DNA of 64,000 bases from a virus. Lineage: Duplodnaviria > Caudoviricetes. The notes beneath the pieces are model-generated. The model did no database searches, had not been told where the DNA came from, and was given only the letters and a program-made list of their open reading frames with translations. The stretch is taken from the IMG/VR virus record IMGVR_UViG_3300020151_001495, positions 32,001 to 96,000 of that record; one strand, 5' to 3'. The translations under genes and the position numbers were made by a program. Shown here in pieces: positions 1 to 8,751 of the stretch; the stretch's first letter is position 1, and every line of letters starts with the position of its first letter.

Positions 1-3000
1 CTTTCTTTCTTCTTCAGAACCACTAGAACCATACTGGTTTAAATCATCAGTGGAATTGAATGATTTTCCTTGTCCCCATCTATATTGATCCCCTACATTA
101 CCATAGATATTGAAGGTTGTAGATACAGTATTAAATGTAGTAAATGAAGATCTGGTATCCCAAGAAGTTACAGGAGATACTTTTATTTGAGTGCTGGTTG
201 TAGTTGTATTCTTGACATAGCAAAGATTCAAAGCAGATGCTAATCTATGGCAAGCTTCTGCAGTAATAGAAGCTAGTGCTGGAACTTCATAGAATGGAGT
301 GCTTGAGATAGAAGAATTGTAATATTTTTTGTTTGGTACGGAAACATCTTTTGGTCTATATCCACCAAATCCAGAACCATTTCCAGAAACATATTCAACA
401 ATACATCTAGAATCTGCTTGTGGAGGATTCCATAGAGTTCTGGAATTTGTAATATTACCTTCTTCATTAGTAGAAGGATATAAGTAGTTTACGTTACTTG
501 TTACTCTATAATTATTATCATTTCTATACAACTCAGATAATGTATCTGCAGTTATAGTTTGATAGGCATCATCACGGGTAATTGCTACAGGAGTATTCTT
601 AAAGTCTCCGCTATCACCATCAACAAAATTATCTACGTCTGCTCTAAGTACGGTTAGATAATATACGCCATCTCTTACATTTCTTTCCCAAGTTTCAACT
701 TCTTGAACATCCCATACAGTAAATCTGTAATTTGCATATGGAATGCCATATGCATCATTACCTGCAGCAGTTCCTTTGATAATAAATCTCTTTTCTGGTG
801 GCTTTGGAGATAGAATTTTTCCTGTTGGATCTTGATAGTTCTTTGGAATTACATACTTAACTCTCCAAAGAAGATCATTTGGATTAGATCCTCTGTTGTC
901 TACAAATTTCGCAGAAGTAATACTTCCTGGGAATGAATCCCACCACTGAAGAACATTTACATCTTCAGTTCTAGACACAACTTGAGTACTTCCGTCTGGA
1001 AGAGGTTCAGATACTGTTACAAATTGAGTCTCTACTACACTTGAGAAGACAAAGTTTGAAACATAGTTTCTAGACTCTACATAATTTGGATTAATTTTTA
1101 AGTAAACTTTTTGACGACTTGGATCCCAGAAATATCCCTGTCTTTGAGTATTGTTAACAACGCTAGAAGTAAAATCACTTGCAGAAGAAGCTAGTTCAAT
1201 TACTGCTTCATAGTTAGAAACTCCACCTGTAGTTGTATCTACTTGGTTAGAAATTTTACAATCTGCCTGAGCTTGCACCCCAGTAGTGGTGTAATAATCT
1301 CTGAATAAATTATAGTTATTATTAGCACCAAAAGTTAAAAATCTCTTGATTGTATATGCATTAGAAGCGGTAGGATCGTTTACATTAACATTTCTAGATT
1401 CTATAACTAATTCTGGAATATCATCTTCAGACTGCACTCCAGGAATTTCAAGATACAGCTTAAAGTAGTTTCCTCCAGCAGTACTGTAATTAACTTTTGC
1501 TTGCTTCCATGAAGGTTCTGTTTTTTGTGCAGATTCTCCCAAGTTTGCTTTCCAAGTTATATCAGTTGCAATAGGATAAATTTCTGTGAACTGAGAAGTC
1601 TTAGAAATACCAGCAGGAGGAATGAAAGCGGTAATCTTACCGTATGCAGATGGAGGATCTACGGTAAACTTACTTCCAACTGCTCTGAGTGAAATGTGAC
1701 CAAAGTTAGAGTTAGAGTTGGTGATGGACATATCACCACCATTAACTGCCAAGAATTGGTCAGCATAGCCAACTGCGAAAACCGAAACTACCTGAATGAA
1801 TGCACCTTCAGAAGCTTTAATGTGGAAGTGTCTCCAATCATGCTTATATTCTGCATTTGAATCTGCATAGATTGGTCCTAGATTTTCTGCAGATTCTGGT
1901 TCTGGAGTTGGAGCACCTGCTGTACTGTATGCAATATTTCTTACTGAATCTCCTGTTGCAAATGTAGTGTTTCTGTCTTCATCTGCATATACTTTACCAG
2001 TTTTGTTTCTTGGTTGCCAGTATGCGTTTGGATCTTTCTGTAGAGAAATTCCAGTGAACTGAGCAACAACCATGGACTTGAAGCTACTCTCTTTAACTTT
2101 ACTGCCATCGGTGTGCATACCGCAGAGACCTAAGACAGAACGTAGAGAACAGTTAAAGATATATGGAGAAGCAGAATTTACTGTATCAATAGTTTGCTTA
2201 GTAGATGCATCTCCAACGATAGTATATTCTTCTGGTCTGGCAATTCTACGCTCAGCTCCAACTCCAATATCATTAGCCCATGCATCAATTCTTCTGTAAT
2301 ATCTATCTAATTCACCATCAGTAGTTCTTTGATCAGCATATGTAAATGAAACTACTCTATGGTGAGAATATTGTGTTGTAGATGCCTGAGTAAATGTTGG
2401 AATGCCACTTCCAGTGAATGCAACAGAATTTAGTGGATTTGTCTTGGCATCCTTGAAAGTCATCTGCCAGAAATAACAACCACCAGTAACCTTGAAGATT
2501 GATGTCTGGAATCCAACTCCAAGTACTTTCTTGTAAGTTTCAGTATATGTATCTGGATTGCTAATAATTCCAGTAATAATTGCCATTAAATTAATAATAG
2601 CAGATTCTGCAGTTGCACAAGAAGAATCGTATGTATTACCAACAGAATAATCAGTTCCTGCAGTAAAGGTGGGTTTTAATCCTGCAGTATAATTTATACC
2701 ACCGACTGAAGTAAGCTCACTGAAGTTATATCCTGCAGGAACATTAGCAGATACCCATGCATTAATTGCATGTAGCATGATATCTCTTGCTTTATTAAAT
2801 GCAACAATAGTAGCATCTCTTTCAGATCCTGCGGAAATAAATCTTAGTGAAGTTCCATCAGTATAGAATTCACCAGCTACATATGAATTTGAGTTTCCAC
2901 CTTCTCTAAGGTCAGAAATTACTGCGTCAACAATATATCCAATGTCTCTTTTGCAAGTTTCATTTATATCAACTACAGAAGGATATTGTTGCTTTGCATA

Positions 3001-3792
3001 TAACCAAGATTGCTCGATGATATAACCACGAGTCTTCTGAATCATATTAGCAGCATCATACATGACGCCACTAATCTTATAATTATCAGATGCAATGCTT
3101 CCATCATCTAATAGTGGATTAGGAACATACTTAGGACGAATAACTGTCTTTCTTAAGTCATATCCAACAATTGATGTACCTCTAGGTACAATAACTCCAC
3201 CATTTCTTGGGTTGAATCTCCATGAAGATCCAGTAGATAAATCTCCAGTTGTTGCAGATATTCCAGGAGATTCTGCAACAGAAGCTGCAAGTGGGTTTGT
3301 AGTAACATCAACACCAGGACGGTTATCAATTGTATAATCTCCAGGTAACACCATGATGGTGTATGCTTCAAATCTATCTTGACCTTCTGCAATATAACTC
3401 TTCTTTGCTGATTCTAGTAGTGCTCTCTCGATTGTCTTAAATGGTCTGTTGATATTACCACCGTCGTTCGTCTCTACATCAGTTGCGTTCTTATCTGACT
3501 GATTAACATACATTACAATGTTAGTTGCATTCACGAAGTCTGGGTTAGTTCCTCCAAGGGAAGTTCCATTTCCAGTAACAATCTGACCATCAGACTTGAA
3601 GATTAGTCTGGCAGTTCCGCCAGTAGTAATTGCAAGTTCATTTGGATTTGGATTATATACCCCTGTATCTGCATCGTTCTCAAAAGTAATAGCAGGTGAT
3701 CCTGGCACACGGTATTCTGGAGTGCCATTTCCACTAAACCTAATAACTACGCCTTCTGCAATACCACCAGAAGTTACTCTTGTTAGAGCCAT
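1..3792 (-). CDS. Giant virion structural / tail-fibre-like protein (N-terminal part, runs off window start)
   Basis: Missing from the ORF track because it is truncated. Starts ATG at 3792 (MALTRVTSGGIAEG...). Both ends that I translated are open and in the same frame. Contains NRPFKTIERALLE and VLPGDYTIDNRPG, typical of large cyanomyovirus virion proteins. Late promoter TATAAATA lies upstream. Confidence 0.8.
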   Translation of the reverse strand, partial: MALTRVTSGGIAEGVVIRFSGNGTPEYRVPGSPAITFENDADTGVYNPNPNELAITTGGTARLIFKSDGQIVTGNGTSLGGTNPDFVNATNIVMYVNQSDKNATDVETNDGGNINRPFKTIERALLESAKKSYIAEGQDRFEAYTIMVLPGDYTIDNRPGVDVTTNPLAASVAESPGISATTGDLSTGSSWRFNPRNGGVIVPRGTSIVGYDLRKTVIRPKYVPNPLLDDGSIASDNYKISGVMYDAANMIQKTRGYIIEQSWLYAKQQYPSVVDINETCKRDIGYIVDAVISDLREGGNSNSYVAGEFYTDGTSLRFISAGSERDATIVAFNKARDIMLHAINAWVSANVPAGYNFSELTSVGGINYTAGLKPTFTAGTDYSVGNTYDSSCATAESAIINLMAIITGIISNPDTYTETYKKVLGVGFQTSIFKVTGGCYFWQMTFKDAKTNPLNSVAFTGSGIPTFTQASTTQYSHHRVVSFTYADQRTTDGELDRYYRRIDAWANDIGVGAERRIARPEEYTIVGDASTKQTIDTVNSASPYIFNCSLRSVLGLCGMHTDGSKVKESSFKSMVVAQFTGISLQKDPNAYWQPRNKTGKVYADEDRNTTFATGDSVRNIAYSTAGAPTPEPESAENLGPIYADSNAEYKHDWRHFHIKASEGAFIQVVSVFAVGYADQFLAVNGGDMSITNSNSNFGHISLRAVGSKFTVDPPSAYGKITAFIPPAGISKTSQFTEIYPIATDITWKANLGESAQKTEPSWKQAKVNYSTAGGNYFKLYLEIPGVQSEDDIPELVIESRNVNVNDPTASNAYTIKRFLTFGANNNYNLFRDYYTTTGVQAQADCKISNQVDTTTGGVSNYEAVIELASSASDFTSSVVNNTQRQGYFWDPSRQKVYLKINPNYVESRNYVSNFVFSSVVETQFVTVSEPLPDGSTQVVSRTEDVNVLQWWDSFPGSITSAKFVDNRGSNPNDLLWRVKYVIPKNYQDPTGKILSPKPPEKRFIIKGTAAGNDAYGIPYANYRFTVWDVQEVETWERNVRDGVYYLTVLRADVDNFVDGDSGDFKNTPVAITRDDAYQTITADTLSELYRNDNNYRVTSNVNYLYPSTNEEGNITNSRTLWNPPQADSRCIVEYVSGNGSGFGGYRPKDVSVPNKKYYNSSISSTPFYEVPALASITAEACHRLASALNLCYVKNTTTTSTQIKVSPVTSWDTRSSFTTFNTVSTTFNIYGNVGDQYRWGQGKSFNSTDDLNQYGSSGSEEERK

Positions 3793-3826
3793 ATGTTTAT
3801 ATCCGTAGAGAGCTTAAATCTAAGTT

Positions 3827-3834
3827 TATTTATA
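3827..3834 (-). promoter_or_regulatory. T4-type late promoter TATAAATA
   Basis: Exact consensus about 35 nt upstream of the structural gene start. Confidence 0.75.
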
Positions 3835-3839
3835 CAGAA

Positions 3840-4175
3840 TTATCTATCAAAGCATTTCATGTTATAATTTGTTGGTTTCAATACTTCAACACAATGAAGC
3901 AAAGCTAATTCTGGCTGACTAATACCACAGGTAAATACATCCAGAGCAGCACTTCCTAACTCTGGCCATGTGTGTATACTTATGTGACTTTCTGATAATA
4001 AAGCAACAATAGTTACTCCTTGTGGATCAAATTTATGGGATGCAATATTTAACAACGTAGCACCAGAAAGTTCAATAGCTTCTTTGAACATAGTTACAAG
4101 AAGCTCTTCGTCATTTAAAATATGTTCAGCGCAGCCATACACTTCAGCAACGCAATGCTTACCTAATTTTTCCAA
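3840..4175 (-). CDS. speD: S-adenosylmethionine decarboxylase proenzyme
   Basis: GKH..AEVYGC, HKFDPQGVT, LLSESHISIHTWPE, DVFTCG motifs. Probable TTG start at 4175; the ORF-track start runs through the tRNA. Confidence 0.93.
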   Translation of the reverse strand: MEKLGKHCVAEVYGCAEHILNDEELLVTMFKEAIELSGATLLNIASHKFDPQGVTIVALLSESHISIHTWPELGSAALDVFTCGISQPELALLHCVEVLKPTNYNMKCFDR

Positions 4176-4213
4176 TAACCCAACAAAAATTAATACAGGT
4201 TTATTTATACGAA

Positions 4214-4297
4214 TAGGAGTAGGGAGACTTGAACTCCCACGGGCATAAGCCCAACAGATTTTAAGTCTGGTGTGTCTACCGATTCCACCATACTCCC
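4214..4297 (-). tRNA. tRNA-Leu(TAA)
   Basis: Cloverleaf GGGAGTA/TACTCCT, anticodon loop CT-TAA-AA, long variable arm, T-loop TTCAAGT. Confidence 0.95.
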
Positions 4298-4417
4298 GCA
4301 AAAAAAATCCTAAAACACTCTAAGTAAAAATCATATTTTATAATTTTATATGAGATCTTAGGATTTCTGATATTAAATCATCAGTTAAAATTGATATGTT
4401 TTTGTGAACTCAATGCT

Positions 4418-4446
4418 ATCCTAACATAGGTTCCATGTTTTGTCAA
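4418..4446 (-). promoter_or_regulatory. Sigma70-like early promoter upstream of tRNA-Leu/speD
   Basis: TTGACA-N17-TAGGAT. Confidence 0.7.
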
Positions 4447-4628
4447 TAGGTGTACTCTATCATTTCTGGTGGTAGAGTAGAGTTTACAAAGGAGCACATC
4501 TTAGTAAAGTCTTCTGGGTCAGTTTCCTCTACCTTTAGATATTCTCCATCATCACCATGTAAGTGAAATGTCCTGGACAACATATCAACTTCAACTCGAT
4601 GTAAAACTGAGTGATCTGTAATGTTCAT
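4443..4628 (-). CDS. Conserved cyanophage hypothetical protein
   Basis: MNITDHSVLHRVEVD...; starts just downstream of an early promoter. Confidence 0.7.
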   Translation of the reverse strand: MNITDHSVLHRVEVDMLSRTFHLHGDDGEYLKVEETDPEDFTKMCSFVNSTLPPEMIEYTY

Positions 4629-4650
4629 ATGGCGAGTTGAATTCCTATGT

Positions 4651-4679
4651 ATCATAGCACACCCTCCTCGCCTTGTCAA
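4651..4679 (-). promoter_or_regulatory. Sigma70-like early promoter
   Basis: TTGACA-N17-TATGAT with extended TG. Confidence 0.8.
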
Positions 4680-4687
4680 CCCCCTTG

Positions 4688-7171
4688 TTATGCGTTGAGA
4701 ATTGCTGGGGCTTGAGTAAATGATAGTGCGTCGGATAGATTAAAATCAATACCTTCTGCTAGATCAAAGCTTAATCCTGTCATAGTTTTAAAATCAGTTC
4801 CTATTACATTCTTTAATTTAGTTGAGAATAAATTCTCATTCGTAGTACCAACTGTAGTTTTATTATCAACAGACATTTTAGTTTGGTTTGATGCTCCTAT
4901 AATAGTTTCATTATACAAGCCACCCTTCCATACAGATTCTGCGGTTGCCTGATACTTTTGAGATACTCCAGTACCAATATCAGAATTAAGACCTGCTCTA
5001 AGTAAAGTTCTATTTCCTCCAATTAGACAGAATTTATTTGCTCCAATATAATCATTCTTATATAATGCATATAAATTCCATGAACCAGTACATAAGTGAT
5101 TCTGTTCGGTACAGAAAGTACTAAGCGTTGGAGTAAATATATCTAGCTGTCCAGAGGCACTAAGTCCCAGTTTAGATGCTGCAAGTGCAAATCCATTAGA
5201 TGCACTTAGTTTGGAATCATTCTTAAATATTGTTTCATGTTCTCCGCCATATGTAACTTTACTTTCTCTGTTTGCAAATACATTATATTGACCATCTACT
5301 TCTAGGTGATAGTTTCCTCCAACCTTTAGATGATAATCTCCTTTAACTGCAATATAAGCATCACCTTTTACAGTTATTTTTTGTTTGCCGAAAGTAACTT
5401 CAGTTTTATTATTACTATTCGTAACTTCTATATCACCATTATCTAGAATGTGAAATCCTGTTTTACTTCCGCCAGCTTCAATGACAAGTCTATTGTTGTG
5501 TGGAGTGTCATCCATAACAATAGTATGTCCAGCTTCAGAAGTCTGTACAAATAGTTTAGAATATTCTGGATTCCATCTACCTTGAATACCTCCAAGTACA
5601 ACAAAATTTAATGGATTACAATTATTTTCAGTTAGTTGACAATCATCCCATGTAATTTGTAATGGAGATTCTGTACTTCTATTACAGCCAATTCCTAGCA
5701 GATTTAAAATAAATCCAACAATATTACCAATATTTGATAGTGCATCTGCATTAACCAATCCATTTTCATCAAAGAAATCCACACCTCCAATATCTGATAT
5801 AGTTGAAAACAAACTAATTATATCTTCTACTGCGGTAGCAATTTGTACTGCAACTGAAGTTAATTGGAAAATAGATCCAAATATATCATTAATACATTGC
5901 TCTGCAAAATCAATATATGCTTGTGCTTGTTGAATTAATTGATCTGCAAGTTGAGTAACAAACTGTTCTATAAATCCTTCGATGCCAAGCATTATTGCAT
6001 CAACTAATGCTTGATCTAGAGTACAACCAATAGTTCTTAGTACTTGAACAACAACTTCAGTTACAGTCTTGACAAAATATGGAATTGGACTTGAAGATGC
6101 TAAACCAATTTCGTTCAAATATTCTGTGACTTTTTTCATCAACTGAGATTTTACTTCGTTGACAATAAACCAAACTAAGTTTCTTATGATAGAAATACAA
6201 CGATCTACTGCAGCTTTAACATCTACAACTTTATCTGTAAACTTACCAACAATTTCTACTGGGCTATCTGTTTTTGGTATATAAGTAACCTTTGCTCCTT
6301 TTGTATATGCAGATGGTTTTGTTGAATTCATTCCTCTAACAACATTTGTCAGAGAAGTTTCATTCTTTCCATTATATCCAATCTCTTCATTTCCTATTTT
6401 TATTTTTCCAAAATCAGGAAAATCTTTAACATTAGATACTGGAATATATTGTTGTTCTTTAGAAACATCCGAAGTTAATACTGGATTGCCTTTATTTGGT
6501 TGATATACTTTACCAGTCTTAAAAATATTACCAAGTTCCTCAATACACATCTTGATTTGTTCACTAATTACTTTTAGTGGACCATCCTTTCCATCTGCAA
6601 TTGGAACAGAACCCATTCTTCCTGATGGGTTTGATGGAGATGCAGGAGAAGACTTAGCAGCAATACTATCAGAAACTGGAATTCCTCCACTATTTTCTGC
6701 CTTTGTAGCACTAGCTTGCTCTGCAGTTGGAACTACATTCTCAGATTCTTGTGGCTGTCCAGTCTCAGTGGAACCTCTAGACTTTCTAATATTTGCTCCG
6801 CCTGGAGTATCTCTAGCTTGTTGAGTATCTGGTTCGATTACTTTCTTTATCTGACTATAAAACGTACCCATCACTACAGGTTGTTGGCAATCAGGATAGT
6901 CCAGAAAAAATCCCATAACAAAACTTCCAGGCTTCAGAGAATTGGCAGCATTTCCAATTCCACCCACTGCTGGGTTTGTAGTTGGTTGCATTACCAGTGC
7001 CCATGGAAGATTATCTGGCTTTTCATCTGAACGATGAAATCCAAGAATATTTACCTTCACTCTTCCTAATTTTGCATCTCTATCATCAGAGTTTTCTACA
7101 GTTCCTAGCCACCAAGTGAAATCATTATTTCCAAGAAATGCAGAATTTTGTAATGTTGGATTAATTGACAT
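4688..7171 (-). CDS. gp5: Baseplate hub / cell-puncturing protein gp5
   Basis: N-terminal OB-fold WWLGTVEN..D..LGRVKVNILGFH..LPWA; SEAGHTIVMDDTP motif; C-terminal beta-helix repeats. Confidence 0.9.
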   Translation of the reverse strand: MSINPTLQNSAFLGNNDFTWWLGTVENSDDRDAKLGRVKVNILGFHRSDEKPDNLPWALVMQPTTNPAVGGIGNAANSLKPGSFVMGFFLDYPDCQQPVVMGTFYSQIKKVIEPDTQQARDTPGGANIRKSRGSTETGQPQESENVVPTAEQASATKAENSGGIPVSDSIAAKSSPASPSNPSGRMGSVPIADGKDGPLKVISEQIKMCIEELGNIFKTGKVYQPNKGNPVLTSDVSKEQQYIPVSNVKDFPDFGKIKIGNEEIGYNGKNETSLTNVVRGMNSTKPSAYTKGAKVTYIPKTDSPVEIVGKFTDKVVDVKAAVDRCISIIRNLVWFIVNEVKSQLMKKVTEYLNEIGLASSSPIPYFVKTVTEVVVQVLRTIGCTLDQALVDAIMLGIEGFIEQFVTQLADQLIQQAQAYIDFAEQCINDIFGSIFQLTSVAVQIATAVEDIISLFSTISDIGGVDFFDENGLVNADALSNIGNIVGFILNLLGIGCNRSTESPLQITWDDCQLTENNCNPLNFVVLGGIQGRWNPEYSKLFVQTSEAGHTIVMDDTPHNNRLVIEAGGSKTGFHILDNGDIEVTNSNNKTEVTFGKQKITVKGDAYIAVKGDYHLKVGGNYHLEVDGQYNVFANRESKVTYGGEHETIFKNDSKLSASNGFALAASKLGLSASGQLDIFTPTLSTFCTEQNHLCTGSWNLYALYKNDYIGANKFCLIGGNRTLLRAGLNSDIGTGVSQKYQATAESVWKGGLYNETIIGASNQTKMSVDNKTTVGTTNENLFSTKLKNVIGTDFKTMTGLSFDLAEGIDFNLSDALSFTQAPAILNA

Positions 7172-7174
7172 GAA

Positions 7175-7393
7175 TTACACTTCGTATATTAAACATTCGG
7201 GAGCTTCTGGATTATCATTGCAATATAGTTCAAGACTTGTTGGATCTTTAGTTTTATTTGGATGTTTTTGTTGATATCTTTCTAATTGGTCTAACTCAGA
7301 TTCTAAATGGCGTCTACGCTGACCACTTGTGGTTAGGCTATCTATTTCATTAATATCATCATTAATGTGTTGTTGCAAAGTTCTTTTTTCCAT
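7175..7393 (-). CDS. cp12: Calvin cycle inhibitor CP12
   Basis: C-terminal DPTSLELYCNDNPEAPECLIYE matches the CP12 C-x8-C signature. Confidence 0.9.
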   Translation of the reverse strand: MEKRTLQQHINDDINEIDSLTTSGQRRRHLESELDQLERYQQKHPNKTKDPTSLELYCNDNPEAPECLIYEV

Positions 7394-7398
7394 ATAAG

Positions 7399-8751
7399 TT
7401 AGTTTCCTAAATTAGATTGACCTGACGAAGGAACTACGTCTGGAATATTATTACCACCAAAAGAATCCCTAGTCAATGTAACAGTAGTTCTAAGTTCAGT
7501 TCTATTTAGGATAGTATGTCGTATTGAATGTACTAAATATCTACCGCTCATTCTTTCATCTTCTTCAACTGATCCATCAGTTTTTCTTTTTGGAGATGGA
7601 ATAGAAATATTAATAACATTTCCTGCACGAATATTTAAGTCCCCTGGAATACTAATTTCCAATTTATTATACTCTAAGAAATAATATCTATAGATAGATT
7701 TTTCATAAGTTTGATTTACCTGATCTATATTTTTATTTTCTGCATCATCAACTTCCTTCCATCCAAATGTAGTTAATGTAGTTGGTCTGTAAACTATTCT
7801 GGTAGGAAACTGTAAAGATTTATCTTCACTATCCATTCTAAATGGCTTCAACTTACCTAGGTGTTCCATGTCATTCCAATACTTTGAAGCATTTGTATTA
7901 AATACTTTGTATACTCTATTGTTTATATCTACATAAACTGATCGGTGACAGAAGGCTCCATTTCTCAGATCTTCAAAAATATCAAATGCTTTAGGAGAAG
8001 AATAATTTAAAATTCTATAATTGTTTTGAGTGGTTCCTTTTGCTGTAGTATTTGCTTGAACAAATGTATACTTTGTATTATTATTTGGATATGCTGGTTG
8101 ACGGAATAATGTATCTATAGACTTAAATTTATATCCCTCTATAGTTTCATAAAATAAATATCCCACTGAGTTCTTATATGCAGTAGCAACACTTCTTCTT
8201 GACATCCAAATAGCTGTATCAAACAATCTCCAATTTGGAACATACATGTTAAATGGATATAAACTTTCGTCAGCTTCGAAAGTCTTTCTGGTAAATACAG
8301 ATCCATTGGATGAAGTTGCAGTCAATTTTTGTTTTAGAAAATCATGTGATTTTATTCCATCTACTCGTTCCATTATTCTATTTGATTCATTATATAAAGC
8401 TTCGAGACTAACAAAATGCATAACATATGCTTGGTTCTTTTCTTGCATCACTCTACCATCAATTTTATATAGATAAAAATTTAATTCATATTCTTCGGTA
8501 AATGTAGATATTTCAAGTTGTACTTTTTCCTGACCCATCAAAGGTAAAGAACTAATAATATTTTCTCCAATGTCAGTAACAACTATTTGACAGTATAAAC
8601 TAGCAGAAATTACACTTTCATAAATTGATACTTCTTTAACAAGTTCTTTTATATCAATATACTTTGTATCTTTTGCCGTAGTTCCTTCAAGAACTACAGG
8701 AAATAACTTTACTGTCTTTAGAGAAAAATCTCCAGAAAATTTTGCTTGCAT
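7399..8751 (-). CDS. Baseplate hub protein (gp27-like)
   Basis: SIYESVISASL, LPLMGQEKV, YLFYETIEGYKFKSIDTL, IPGDLNIRAG, SGRYLVHSIRH; lies between the tape-measure-like genes and gp5. Confidence 0.7.
   Translation of the reverse strand: MQAKFSGDFSLKTVKLFPVVLEGTTAKDTKYIDIKELVKEVSIYESVISASLYCQIVVTDIGENIISSLPLMGQEKVQLEISTFTEEYELNFYLYKIDGRVMQEKNQAYVMHFVSLEALYNESNRIMERVDGIKSHDFLKQKLTATSSNGSVFTRKTFEADESLYPFNMYVPNWRLFDTAIWMSRRSVATAYKNSVGYLFYETIEGYKFKSIDTLFRQPAYPNNNTKYTFVQANTTAKGTTQNNYRILNYSSPKAFDIFEDLRNGAFCHRSVYVDINNRVYKVFNTNASKYWNDMEHLGKLKPFRMDSEDKSLQFPTRIVYRPTTLTTFGWKEVDDAENKNIDQVNQTYEKSIYRYYFLEYNKLEISIPGDLNIRAGNVINISIPSPKRKTDGSVEEDERMSGRYLVHSIRHTILNRTELRTTVTLTRDSFGGNNIPDVVPSSGQSNLGN

Noticed and set aside
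4176-4301. N-terminal extension of SpeD in the ORF track
   Set aside because: It runs through tRNA-Leu; homology starts at LGKH. The ORF starts at 38532 and 38883 likewise lie inside tRNAs.
4302-4370. Long AT-rich inverted repeat 5' of tRNA-Leu (AAATCCTAAGA/TTTTAGGATTT)
   Set aside because: Could arise by chance at this AT content; no further support.
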